In this document: piece by piece, positions 13,343 to 23,673 of the stretch | Numbering within the stretch: position 1 is the first letter of the stretch | Layout: every line of letters starts with the position of its first letter | Origin: Escherichia coli | GTDB lineage: Bacteria > Pseudomonadota > Gammaproteobacteria > Enterobacterales > Enterobacteriaceae | Length of the DNA stretch: 64,000 bases | Assembly: GCF_003334305.1 (NCBI RefSeq) | Contig: NZ_QOWS01000026.1 | Strand: one strand, 5' to 3' | Translations under genes and position numbers: made by a program | The notes under the pieces: generated by a model | What the model was told of the DNA's origin: nothing | Databases searched by the model: none | Seen by the model: the letters and a program-made list of their open reading frames with translations, nothing else

Positions 13343-15090
13343 TGCTAAACGAACGCCAGTTAAAGATTGTCGATCTGCTGGAGCAACAGCCGCGCACGCC
13401 TGGTGAGCTGGCGCAACAGACTGGCGTTTCAGGCAGGACCATCCTGCGTGATATTGACTATCTCAACTTTACCCTTAACGGCAAAGCCCGCATTTCCGCC
13501 AGTGGTAGTGCGGGCTATCAGCTGGAAATCTTCGAGCGCCGCAGCTTTTTTCAGTTGCTGCAAAAGCACGATAACGACGATCGGCTGCTGGCACTGTTAT
13601 TACTGAATACCTTTACTCCCCGTGCGCAACTCGCCTCGGCGCTTAATTTGCCAGAAACGTGGGTCGCAGAGCGTCTGCCCCGGTTAAAACAGCGTTATGA
13701 ACGCGCTTGTTGCCTGGCCAGCCGCCCCGGTTTGGGCCATTTCATTGATGAGACAGAAGAGAAGCGCGTTATCTTGCTGGCGAACTTGCTGCGCAAAGAT
13801 CCGTTTTTAATTCCGCTGGCGGGCGTAACACGAGACAACCTTCAGCATTTATCCACGGCCTGCGACAACCAACACCGCTGGCCGCTCATGCAGGGTGATT
13901 ATCTCTCCAGCCTGATTCTGGCGATTTACGCCCTGCGTAATCAACTGACCGATGAGTGGCCGCAATATCCCGGTGACGAGATAAAACAAATCGTTGAACA
14001 TAGCGGTCTGTTTCTTGGTGATAACGCTGTAAGAACCCTGACAGGTTTGATAGAGAAACAGCATCAGCAAGCGCAGATAATTTCTGCCGATAATGTGCAG
14101 CGGTTGCTGCAAAGGGTGCCGGGCATCGCGTCATTGAATATTATTGATACGCAGCTGGTTGAGAACATTACCGGGCATTTATTACGTTGCCTTGCCGCAC
14201 CGGTGTGGATTGCTGAGCACCGCCAAAGCAGCATGAATAACCTGAAAGCCGCCTGGCCTGCGGCCTTTGATATGAGTCTGCACTTTATTACGCTACTGCG
14301 TGAACAGCTCGATATTCCCCTTTTCGACAGCGATCTGATCGGTTTGTATTTTGCCTGTGCGCTGGAACGGCATCAAAACGAACGCCAGCCGATCATTTTG
14401 CTCTCGGACCAGAACGCGATTGCCACTATTAATCAGCTCGCCATTGAGCGCGATGTTTTACATTGTCGGGTGATTATTGCCCGTAGCTTAAGCGAACTTG
14501 TTGCCATTCGCGAAGAGATTGAGCCGTTATTGATCATTAACAACAGCCATTATTTACTGGATGACGCGGTAAATAATTACATCACCGTAAAAAATATCAT
14601 TACGGCTGCCGGTATCGAACAAATAAAACATTTTCTGGCGACGGCATTTATTCGCCAACAGCCGGAGCGTTTTTTCTCTGCCCCCGGAAGTTTTCATTAT
14701 TCGAATGTACGCGGTGAAAGCTGGCAACATATTACCCGGCAAATTTGTGCGCAATTAGTCGCACAACACCATATTACCGCCGATGAAGCACAACGCATCA
14801 TCGCCCGCGAAGGCGAAGGTGAAAACCTGATTGTTAATCGCCTCGCCATCCCACATTGCTGGAGCGAACAGGAGCGACGTTTTCGTGGATTTTTTATTAC
14901 CCTCGCCCAACCAGTTGAGGTGAATAACGAAGTCATTAACCATGTCTTGATCGCCTGCGCCGCCGCCGATGCGCGTCATGAGCTAAAAATATTTAGCTAT
15001 CTGGCAAGCGTATTGTGTCAGCATCCGGCAGAGGTTATTGCCGGGTTAACAGGATATGAGGCATTTATGGAGTTACTTCACAAGGGGTGA
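13342..15090 (+). CDS. frvR: frv operon regulator: N-terminal winged HTH plus C-terminal EIIA-like domain
   Basis: 582 aa. The N-terminus LKIVDLLEQQPRTPGELAQQTGVSGRTILRDIDYLN is a DeoR-type wHTH. The C-terminal region carries NRLAIPHCW, which resembles an EIIA phospho-His motif. The start overlaps the frvX stop (TAATG). Confidence 0.88.
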   Translation: MLNERQLKIVDLLEQQPRTPGELAQQTGVSGRTILRDIDYLNFTLNGKARISASGSAGYQLEIFERRSFFQLLQKHDNDDRLLALLLLNTFTPRAQLASALNLPETWVAERLPRLKQRYERACCLASRPGLGHFIDETEEKRVILLANLLRKDPFLIPLAGVTRDNLQHLSTACDNQHRWPLMQGDYLSSLILAIYALRNQLTDEWPQYPGDEIKQIVEHSGLFLGDNAVRTLTGLIEKQHQQAQIISADNVQRLLQRVPGIASLNIIDTQLVENITGHLLRCLAAPVWIAEHRQSSMNNLKAAWPAAFDMSLHFITLLREQLDIPLFDSDLIGLYFACALERHQNERQPIILLSDQNAIATINQLAIERDVLHCRVIIARSLSELVAIREEIEPLLIINNSHYLLDDAVNNYITVKNIITAAGIEQIKHFLATAFIRQQPERFFSAPGSFHYSNVRGESWQHITRQICAQLVAQHHITADEAQRIIAREGEGENLIVNRLAIPHCWSEQERRFRGFFITLAQPVEVNNEVINHVLIACAAADARHELKIFSYLASVLCQHPAEVIAGLTGYEAFMELLHKG

Positions 15091-15093
15091 ACT

Positions 15094-15118
15094 GTGTCGG
15101 ATGCGCCGCATCCGACAC
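15094..15118. terminator. Hairpin between convergent frvR and yiiG
   Basis: gtgtcggatgcg/cgcatccgacac is a near-perfect inverted repeat lying 4 nt after the frvR stop and 22 nt after the yiiG stop. Confidence 0.55.
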
Positions 15119-15139
15119 TGCATTTATCATCAAAAACGT

Positions 15140-16180
15140 TTAACGCAGGCTATTATAGTCATCAACCATTTCGTTGTACTCGCGTAATGCTCTCGGGAAA
15201 GAGTCGTCGACCATCCAGCTTGAGTTTGCGTCCTGCAGTTGCTCTTTATCCCAGTCAGAGTACGGGACTTTATCTCTGACGCGGCGAACGTATTTTTTAG
15301 CCTCGAGTTGATACTGGCCTGCCGAATTAATAAACGAGAAATTCATGCCGCCTTTATCCGCTTCTTTGGCCTGCGCCACCAGCGTTTCCAGTTCAGACAC
15401 TTTCTTCATTGCCGCTTCTGCATCAAACTTATCTTGCGATATCAGGTTATTAATTTGTTTCGCTGAAATCATGACTGCCAGAGAGTAATAGTGGAATGTT
15501 TTCCCTTCTCTTTCTTCAATATTTTTCAGTTCCGCAAGCTGGCGCTTATCGTTAATTTCCTGAATCGCCGCATGATAAGATTCTGCTACAGGTTCAAAGG
15601 CTTCCAGATTTTTTAAGAATGTCTGGTGCAGCGTTTTCCCTTTCGCAAACGCATCGTCTTTATAATTTTCCTGGGTGTAATATTTATCCATTTCGTTAAT
15701 GGTATTACCCAACGCCACGGCAGCATCGATATAACTCACCGCCACGCCATCAATTGGTTGCAGCGCAGGCGTTAACGCCACAGCACTTTTTACGCCTTTT
15801 TCACACTCAGCGAGGTTGGATTCACTAATGCCGTAGATGCCATAAACAGTACGCTCTTCACCGGTAGGCCCCTGTTTAAAATCTTTCAGCCAGTCAGCAT
15901 AACGCGCCAGACTGCTCTGTACAGGGATCTGTAACTTGTTATAGCACTTGATATAGACATCCATTTTTTCGTCGAAAACCGCTTGTTCATCGACCACCGG
16001 TTGCGCAGGTGTTTCAGGTTTAGCTTCTGCTTTTGCAACGGGAGCTTCAGGAGCTGGTGCGGCAGGTTGACTATTGGCAGGCGGGGGCGTTTCTGTTTCG
16101 GCTTTTTTATCATCACAACCCGTCAGACCGAGGGCCATGATGGCGACTATAATAGCGGAAGATAATAAATTCCTTTTCAT
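15140..16180 (-). CDS. yiiG: Lipoprotein YiiG (DUF3829 family)
   Basis: 346 aa. The signal peptide has the lipobox LGLTGC, followed by a Pro/Ala/Glu-rich linker. It matches my recollection of YiiG, which is 351 aa in K-12. Confidence 0.85.
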   Translation of the reverse strand: MKRNLLSSAIIVAIMALGLTGCDDKKAETETPPPANSQPAAPAPEAPVAKAEAKPETPAQPVVDEQAVFDEKMDVYIKCYNKLQIPVQSSLARYADWLKDFKQGPTGEERTVYGIYGISESNLAECEKGVKSAVALTPALQPIDGVAVSYIDAAVALGNTINEMDKYYTQENYKDDAFAKGKTLHQTFLKNLEAFEPVAESYHAAIQEINDKRQLAELKNIEEREGKTFHYYSLAVMISAKQINNLISQDKFDAEAAMKKVSELETLVAQAKEADKGGMNFSFINSAGQYQLEAKKYVRRVRDKVPYSDWDKEQLQDANSSWMVDDSFPRALREYNEMVDDYNSLR

Positions 16181-16289
16181 TTAATTGCCTTATAAATATA
16201 TAGATAAGAGAATGAACATAATAAATGAAAAAAGAAAACACCACTACACGCGTTTTATTTATAAATAAAATAATAAAATTCACGAAATG

Positions 16290-16328
16290 AATAAGTCCTG
16301 CAATTTAATATATATCGCAGGACTTATT
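16290..16328. terminator. AT-rich 12-bp-stem hairpin just after fdhD
   Basis: aataagtcctgc-N15-gcaggacttatt lies 5 nt beyond the fdhD stop, with T-rich flanks on both strands. Confidence 0.45.
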
Positions 16329-16332
16329 TTAA

Positions 16333-17166
16333 TTAATTGCTCAAACGCTGCGGATGGGTATAAACCGTTGCCCGACCCGGTTTACAAAAACCTACCAGTG
16401 TCAGATTACAGCGCTCAGCCACTTCTACAGCAAGCGTGGTCGCGGCAGACACCGCAAACAAAATCTCTACGCCGCACATCGCCGACTTTTGCACCATTTC
16501 ATAACTGGCACGACTGGAAACCAGTACCGCACCTTGCTGCCAGCTTTCCCCTTCTTGTGACCGGCGGCCTAACAGTTTGTCCAGCGCCACATGGCGACCC
16601 ACATCTTCATGCCCGCCGACCAGTTCGCCAGATGGCAACATCCAGGCAGCGGCGTGAGTACAACCAGTCAGTTGCCCCACTGGCTGAAAATCGTTGAGAT
16701 GACGTAATGCATCATCCAGTTTGTTGAGATCAAACGTCTGGGTGAACGGTAGCGGCTGCACCGGTTTTCCGATGTCATTAAGTTGCTCCACGCCGCATAC
16801 GCCACAGCCCGTACGTCCCGCCAGCGCCCGGCGGCGCTCCTTCAACCCCATAAAGCGGCGGCTGGAAAGCTCAATTTGTACTTCAAGACCATTACAGGAA
16901 GGAACGACATCCATGCCGAAGATATCGCGCGGACTTTCTATTATCCCCTCGGAAAGCGAAAAACCGAGCGCAAAGTACTCAAGGTCTTTGGGCGACGCCA
17001 TCATCACCACATGCGAAATGCCGTTGTAGACCAGCGCAACGGGAACTTCTTCCGCGACCTCATCTAACCGTGGGTGTTGTAAATCATCACGCCGCCATAA
17101 CTCAATTTGACGAACACCTGTGATATTTGTCACATTTTCGATTTCTTTTCGCTGTGTTTTTTTCAC
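16333..17166 (-). CDS. fdhD: Formate dehydrogenase sulfurtransferase/accessory protein FdhD
   Basis: 277 aa, [56 protein letters not shown]... Confidence 0.95.
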
Positions 17167-17359
17167 TTTCTCTTAACCGGATAAGAACACACACACCAAC
17201 ATTATAGTATTCTGTTACAAACCCTTCCTGGATGGAGGGAAATTGAGCCAATTCTGGACCTTTGCGGCCCCTTCCGCAAAGAAAAATAACTCCCACTCCC
17301 TGCACACGCAGCAAGCGAATGTAAATGGGACGTGACAATGTCGAAACAAGGAGCAATCC

Positions 17360-20300
17360 ATGCAGGTCAGCAGAAGGCAGTTCTTTAAGATCTGCGCTGG
17401 CGGTATGGCAGGCACCACGGCAGCGGCACTGGGTTTTGCACCCAGCGTAGCGCTCGCGGAAACCCGGCAGTATAAACTGCTGCGCACCCGCGAAACCCGT
17501 AATACCTGCACCTATTGTTCCGTAGGCTGTGGGCTGTTGATGTACAGCCTCGGTGACGGAGCAAAAAACGCCAAAGCATCTATCTTCCATATCGAAGGCG
17601 ATCCGGATCACCCGGTCAACCGCGGTGCACTTTGTCCGAAAGGCGCTGGCCTGGTGGATTTCATCCACTCCGAAAGCCGTCTGAAGTTTCCGGAATACCG
17701 TGCGCCAGGTTCTGATAAATGGCAGCAAATCAGTTGGGAAGAGGCGTTTGATCGCATCGCCAAACTGATGAAAGAAGACCGCGATGCTAACTACATTGCG
17801 CAAAACGCCGAAGGCGTGACTGTTAACCGCTGGCTCTCCACCGGGATGCTGTGTGCTTCCGCGTCGAGTAACGAAACCGGCTATTTAACGCAAAAATTCT
17901 CCCGCGCGCTGGGTATGCTCGCGGTCGACAACCAGGCGCGTGTCTGACACGGACCAACGGTAGCAAGTCTTGCTCCAACATTTGGTCGCGGTGCGATGAC
18001 CAACCACTGGGTCGACATCAAGAACGCCAACCTCGTCGTGGTGATGGGCGGTAACGCCGCTGAAGCTCACCCGGTCGGGTTCCGCTGGGCGATGGAAGCC
18101 AAAATTCACAACGGCGCGAAGCTGATTGTGATCGATCCTCGCTTTACGCGTACGGCGGCGGTAGCTGACTACTATGCCCCTATTCGTTCCGGTACTGACA
18201 TTGCTTTCCTGTCAGGCGTATTGCTGTACCTGCTGAACAATGAAAAATTCAACCGCGAATACACCGAAGCCTATACCAACGCAAGCCTGATAGTGCGTGA
18301 GGATTACGGCTTTGAAGATGGCCTGTTCACCGGCTACGACGCGGAAAAACGCAAGTACGATAAATCCTCCTGGACTTATGAACTGGACGAAAACGGCTTC
18401 GCCAAACGCGATACCACGCTGCAACATCCGCGCTGCGTGTGGAACTTGCTGAAACAGCACGTTTCCCGCTACACGCCAGATGTGGTTGAAAACATCTGTG
18501 GTACGCCAAAAGACGCGTTCCTGAAAGTCTGCGAATACATCGCAGAAACCAGTGCTCACGATAAAACTGCCTCGTTCCTCTATGCCCTCGGCTGGACGCA
18601 ACACTCCGTTGGTGCGCAAAACATTCGTACGATGGCGATGATCCAGCTGCTGCTCGGCAATATGGGGATGGCCGGCGGCGGCGTTAACGCCCTGCGCGGT
18701 CACTCCAATATTCAGGGGCTGACGGACCTGGGGCTGCTGTCGCAGAGTCTGCCAGGTTACATGACGCTGCCAAGCGAGAAGCAGACCGATCTGCAAACCT
18801 ACCTTACCGCCAACACGCCAAAACCGCTGCTGGAAGGCCAGGTAAACTACTGGGGCAACTACCCGAAATTCTTCGTCTCTATGATGAAGGCCTTCTTTGG
18901 TGATAAAGCGACGGCGGAAAATAGCTGGGGCTTTGACTGGTTGCCGAAGTGGGATAAAGGCTACGACGTCCTGCAATACTTCGAGATGATGAAAGAAGGC
19001 AAGGTCAATGGCTATATCTGCCAGGGCTTTAACCCTGTTGCCTCATTCCCGAACAAAAACAAAGTGATCGGTTGTCTGTCGAAACTGAAGTTCCTCGTCA
19101 CCATCGACCCGCTGAACACTGAAACCTCTAACTTCTGGCAGAACCACGGTGAGCTGAACGAAGTTGACTCGTCGAAGATCCAGACCGAAGTGTTCCGTCT
19201 GCCATCGACCTGCTTCGCAGAAGAGAACGGTTCAATCGTTAACTCAGGTCGCTGGTTGCAGTGGCACTGGAAAGGTGCGGACGCCCCGGGGATTGCGCTG
19301 ACTGATGGCGAGATCCTCTCCGGTATCTTCCTGCGCTTGCGCAAGATGTATGCCGAACAGGGTGGCGCGAACCCGGACCAGGTGCTGAACATGACCTGGA
19401 ACTACGCCATTCCGCATGAGCCGAAGTCGGAAGAAGTAGCGATGGAGAGCAACGGTAAGGCGCTGGCCGATATTACCGATCCGGCAACCGGTGCGGTTAT
19501 CGTCAAGAAAGGCCAACAACTTAGCTCGTTCGCCCAATTGCGCGATGACGGTACAACCTCCTGTGGCTGCTGGATTTTCGCCGGTAGCTGGACGCCGGAA
19601 GGCAACCAGATGGCGCGTCGTGATAACGCCGATCCGTCTGGCCTCGGTAACACGCTGGGCTGGGCATGGGCATGGCCGCTTAACCGCCGCATTCTGTATA
19701 ACCGCGCCTCCGCAGATCCGCAGGGTAACCCGTGGGATCCGAAGCGTCAGTTGCTGAAATGGGACGGCACTAAGTGGACCGGCTGGGATATTCCGGACTA
19801 CAGCGCAGCGCCTCCGGGTAGCGGCGTCGGGCCGTTTATCATGCAGCAGGAAGGCATGGGGCGTCTGTTTGCCCTCGATAAGATGGCGGAAGGTCCGTTC
19901 CCGGAACACTACGAGCCGTTTGAAACGCCGCTGGGAACTAACCCGCTGCATCCAAACGTTATCTCGAACCCGGCTGCACGTATCTTTAAAGACGACGCCG
20001 AAGCATTGGGTAAAGCCGATAAGTTCCCGTATGTCGGAACCACCTATCGTCTGACCGAGCATTTCCACTACTGGACCAAACACGCGCTGTTGAACGCGAT
20101 TTTGCAACCAGAGCAGTTTGTGGAAATCGGGGAGTCGCTGGCGAATAAACTTGGCATTGCCCAGGGCGATACCGTGAAAGTCTCCTCCAACCGTGGCTAT
20201 ATCAAGGCCAAAGCGGTGGTGACCAAACGTATTCGTACACTGAAAGTGAACGGCAAAGATATCGATACCATCGGTATTCCGATTCACTGGGGCTATGAAG

Positions 20301-20410
20301 GCGTAGCTAAAAAAGGCTTTATTGCCAATACGTTAACGCCATTCGTTGGTGATGCGAACACGCAGACGCCGGAGTTTAAGTCCTTCCTTGTGAATGTGGA
20401 AAAGGTGTAA
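17360..20410 (+). CDS. fdoG: Formate dehydrogenase-O catalytic subunit; selenocysteine at codon 196 (TGA 17945-17947)
   Basis: Track ORFs 17360..17947 and 17996..20410 are in the same frame and joined by a single TGA, giving 1016 aa. A twin-arginine signal (MQVSRRQFFKICAGG) and molybdopterin oxidoreductase motifs are present, and fdoHI follow. Confidence 0.93.
17945..17987 (+). other. UGA(Sec) codon plus SECIS stem-loop
   Basis: In tgaCACGGACCAACGGTAGCAAGTCTTGCTCCAACATTTGGTC, the outer stem is gaccaa/ttggtc and the apical stem agcaa-gtc-ttgct. It resembles the fdhF/fdnG SECIS as I recall it. Confidence 0.8.
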
Positions 20411-20422
20411 CGGAGACGACAT

Positions 20423-21325
20423 ATGGCTTATCAATCTCAAGATATCATTCGTCGTTCCGCGACTAACGGTCTGACCCCCGCGCCTCAGGCGCGGGACTTC
20501 CAGGAAGAAGTGGCGAAACTCATCGACGTCACCACCTGTATCGGCTGTAAAGCCTGTCAGGTGGCGTGTTCAGAGTGGAACGACATTCGCGATACCGTCG
20601 GCAATAACATTGGGGTGTACGACAACCCCAATGATTTAAGCGCCAAATCGTGGACGGTAATGCGCTTCTCGGAAGTGGAGCAGAACGACAAACTGGAATG
20701 GCTGATCCGCAAAGACGGCTGTATGCACTGTTCCGATCCAGGCTGCCTGAAAGCGTGCCCGGCGGAAGGTGCAATTATTCAGTATGCCAACGGTATCGTC
20801 GACTTCCAGTCCGAGCAGTGCATTGGCTGCGGTTATTGCATTGCGGGCTGTCCGTTCGACATTCCGCGCCTCAACCCGGAAGACAACCGCGTCTACAAAT
20901 GTACGCTGTGCGTTGACCGCGTGGTGGTTGGGCAAGAACCAGCCTGCGTGAAGACCTGCCCAACGGGCGCGATTCACTTCGGTACGAAAGAGTCGATGAA
21001 AACGCTGGCGAGCGAGCGCGTTGCTGAGCTGAAAACCCGCGGTTACGACAATGCGGGTCTGTACGATCCGGCAGGCGTCGGTGGTACACACGTCATGTAC
21101 GTGCTGCACCATGCTGACAAGCCAAATCTGTATCATGGCTTGCCGGAGAACCCGGAAATCAGCGAAACCGTGAAATTCTGGAAAGGCATCTGGAAACCGC
21201 TCGCGGCTGTTGGCTTTGCGGCTACCTTTGCGGCCAGTATCTTCCACTACGTGGGTGTCGGTCCGAACCGTGCGGATGAGGAAGAGAATAATCTGCACGA
21301 AGAGAAAGACGAGGAGCGCAAATGA
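20423..21325 (+). CDS. fdoH: Formate dehydrogenase-O iron-sulfur subunit
   Basis: 300 aa with four Cys clusters ([38 protein letters not shown]) and a C-terminal TM helix. Confidence 0.95.
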
Positions 21326-21957
21326 AACGACGTGACACCATCGTGCGCTACACCGCGCCGGAACGTATCAACCACTGGATCACCGCCTTCTGCTTCATCC
21401 TGGCGGCGGTGAGCGGGCTGGGCTTTTTGTTCCCGTCCTTCAACTGGTTGATGCAAATCATGGGCACACCGCAGCTGGCGCGAATTCTGCACCCGTTTGT
21501 CGGCGTGGTTATGTTTGCCTCGTTCATCATCATGTTTTTCCGTTACTGGCATCACAACCTAATCAATCGGGATGATATCTTTTGGGCGAAGAATATTCGT
21601 AAGATCGTCGTCAACGAGGAAGTAGGTGACACCGGGCGTTATAACTTCGGTCAGAAATGCGTTTTCTGGGCGGCGATTATTTTCCTGGTTCTGCTGCTGG
21701 TGAGCGGCGTGATTATCTGGCGTCCTTATTTTGCGCCTGCTTTCTCAATCCCGGTGATCCGATTCGCGTTAATGCTGCATTCATTTGCCGCAGTGGCGTT
21801 AATTGTGGTTATCATGGTGCATATCTACGCCGCCCTTTGGGTGAAAGGCACGATTACCGCCATGGTGGAAGGATGGGTTACCAGCGCCTGGGCGAAGAAA
21901 CATCACCCGCGCTGGTACCGTGAGGTCCGCAAGACAACGGAAAAGAAAGCTGAATGA
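21322..21957 (+). CDS. fdoI: Formate dehydrogenase-O cytochrome b556 subunit
   Basis: 211 aa, a four-TM di-haem cytochrome b. Its start overlaps the fdoH stop (ATGA). Confidence 0.95.
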
Positions 21958-22883
21958 GTATTCGCATAATCCCGCAAGATGAGCTGGGTTCAAGCGAGAA
22001 ACGTACGGCGGATATGATTCCGCCGTTATTGTTCCCTCGGCTCAAGAATTTATACAACCGCCGCGCCGAGCGTCTGCGCGAGCTGGCAGAAAATAATCCG
22101 CTGGGTGATTACCTGCGCTTTGCTGCGCTTATCGCCCACGCCCAGGAAGTGGTGCTGTACGACCATCCGCTGGAGATGGATCTGACCGCGCGCATTAAAG
22201 AAGCCAGCGCACAGGGCAAGCCCCCGCTGGATATTCACGTTCTGCCGCGTGATAAGCACTGGCAAAAGCTGCTGATGGCGCTGATTGCTGAGCTGAAACC
22301 TGAAATGAGCGGCCCGGCGCTGGCAGTGATTGAGAATCTGGAGAAGGCATCGACTCAGGAGCTGGAAGATATGGCCAGCGCACTGTTTGCCTCTGATTTC
22401 TCATCCGTCAGCAGCGATAAAGCGCCGTTTATCTGGGCTGCACTGTCGCTCTACTGGGCGCAGATGGCCAATCTGATCCCCGGCAAAGCCCGCGCTGAAT
22501 ACGGCGAGCAACGTCAATATTGCCCGGTTTGTGGTTCTATGCCGGTGTCCAGCATGGTGCAAATTGGCACCACTCAGGGTCTGCGTTACCTGCACTGCAA
22601 CCTGTGTGAAACCGAATGGCACGTAGTGCGCGTAAAATGCAGCAACTGCGAGCAGAGCGGCAAACTGCATTACTGGTCGCTGGATGACGAACAGGCCGCG
22701 ATTAAAGCCGAAAGCTGCGATGACTGTGGCACTTACCTGAAGATTCTTTATCAGGAAAAAGAACCGAAAGTTGAAGCCGTGGCAGATGACCTCGCTTCTC
22801 TGGTACTGGACGCGCGAATGGAGCAAGAAGGCTATGCCCGCAGTTCCATCAACCCGTTCCTGTTTCCGGGTGAAGGGGAGTAA
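21954..22883 (+). CDS. fdhE: Formate dehydrogenase formation protein FdhE
   Basis: 309 aa with CxxC pairs ([29 protein letters not shown]). Its start overlaps the fdoI stop (ATGA). Confidence 0.95.
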   Translation: MSIRIIPQDELGSSEKRTADMIPPLLFPRLKNLYNRRAERLRELAENNPLGDYLRFAALIAHAQEVVLYDHPLEMDLTARIKEASAQGKPPLDIHVLPRDKHWQKLLMALIAELKPEMSGPALAVIENLEKASTQELEDMASALFASDFSSVSSDKAPFIWAALSLYWAQMANLIPGKARAEYGEQRQYCPVCGSMPVSSMVQIGTTQGLRYLHCNLCETEWHVVRVKCSNCEQSGKLHYWSLDDEQAAIKAESCDDCGTYLKILYQEKEPKVEAVADDLASLVLDARMEQEGYARSSINPFLFPGEGE

Positions 22884-23063
22884 TCTCTGACGTTTTCCGG
22901 GTGGCGCTGGTCGCCCGGATTACAGCTCATAGGGTGTGACGACACCATCTCTCGTATTCCGCGTTACCCATTCAAGATCATGCCGCAATTGTCTGTTTGC
23001 CTCGTTCTTCCCTCCAACACATCGATAAGGTTATGGGTATGTCACTGATGACAAGCGTATGAT

Positions 23064-23163
23064 TGCCTGATGCGCTGCGCTTATCAGCCCTACCAATAAA
23101 CTTCAATATATTGAATTTGCATGACTTTGTAGGCCGGATAAGGCGTTCACGCCGCATCCGGCA
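23064..23163. repeat. Two REP elements
   Basis: tgcctgatgcgctgcgcttatcagccctac (23064-23093) and tgtaggccggataaggcgttcacgccgcatccggca (23128-23163). Confidence 0.8.
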
Positions 23164-23212
23164 TGAACAACGCGCACGTTGTCAGCAATCTGATTGACAT
23201 CATTTTTTCCCA

Positions 23213-23431
23213 TTACCATTCCTCGCGCAGCTTACGCTGATATTCGACACCATCTTCCTCACACCCTTGCCAGATGCCAGGAACACTGGTTCTTGCTGTT
23301 TGCGATTGATTTATCAGGTATTGATCTACCGCTTCCCTTAATAGGTCCGCACGAGGAAGATTACGCTGCACCTCGAGATCATCAAGTTGCTTAATCACCT
23401 CATTCGATAAATCGAGTAAAATTCTGCCCAT
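23213..23431 (-). CDS. yiiF: Small ribbon-helix-helix (CopG/Arc/MetJ-like) DNA-binding protein YiiF
   Basis: Track ORF 23213..23455. From the internal Met it reads [39 protein letters not shown]..., 72 aa as I recall for YiiF, with a beta-strand/helix/helix pattern. The start codon is uncertain (23431 or 23455). Confidence 0.8.
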
Positions 23432-23548
23432 ATCTATACCTGCCAGAGAGTTCATAAATATCTCGCCAATATCATTTTTGAATCTATGGAGAGAAAAGTA
23501 CCCTTGCCGAATCTTTAAAGAAAGCTCATTTACGCATCATTTTTTATT

Positions 23549-23568
23549 TTTGCGAGGCGTTTTCCAGA
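23549..23568 (-). promoter_or_regulatory. Conserved 20-bp box, copy 1 (candidate -24/-12 promoter upstream of yiiF)
   Basis: The minus strand reads TCTGGAAAACGCCTCGCAAA, with GG and GC spaced as in sigma-54 promoters. It lies about 118 nt upstream of the yiiF ATG. See findings. Confidence 0.4.
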
Positions 23569-23673
23569 TACGATGTAACAGTTGCAGTTATTATAAGTTC
23601 AAGTAAAACAGCCTTGTATTAATACCAGAATAAGGGCATCTGTTTTTTTATATTCAAGAATGAAAAATTTTTT

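Noticed and set aside
17102-17803. 233-aa minus-strand ORF spanning the fdhD start, the intergenic region and the fdoG 5' end
   Set aside because: It crosses a divergent promoter region and overlaps two well-supported genes. It has no SD or domain features.
17945-17947. TGA read as a genuine stop, which would make fdoG a pseudogene or two genes
   Set aside because: The frame continues unbroken, a SECIS-like hairpin follows, and the residue aligns with the known Sec of formate dehydrogenases.
19244-20287. 347-aa minus-strand ORF, plus 18212..18976 (254 aa) and 19012..19392, inside fdoG
   Set aside because: These are antisense shadow ORFs of fdoG. Their composition is Arg/Gly/His-rich, they have no motifs, and they overlap a well-supported CDS.
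22921-23060. About 140 bp of unassigned DNA between the fdhE terminator region and the REP pair, examined for a decayed toxin gene downstream of yiiF
   Set aside because: Only very short ORFs (under 20 codons) exist in all minus-strand frames, and I could not recognise any toxin-like motif. This cannot be decided without a similarity search.
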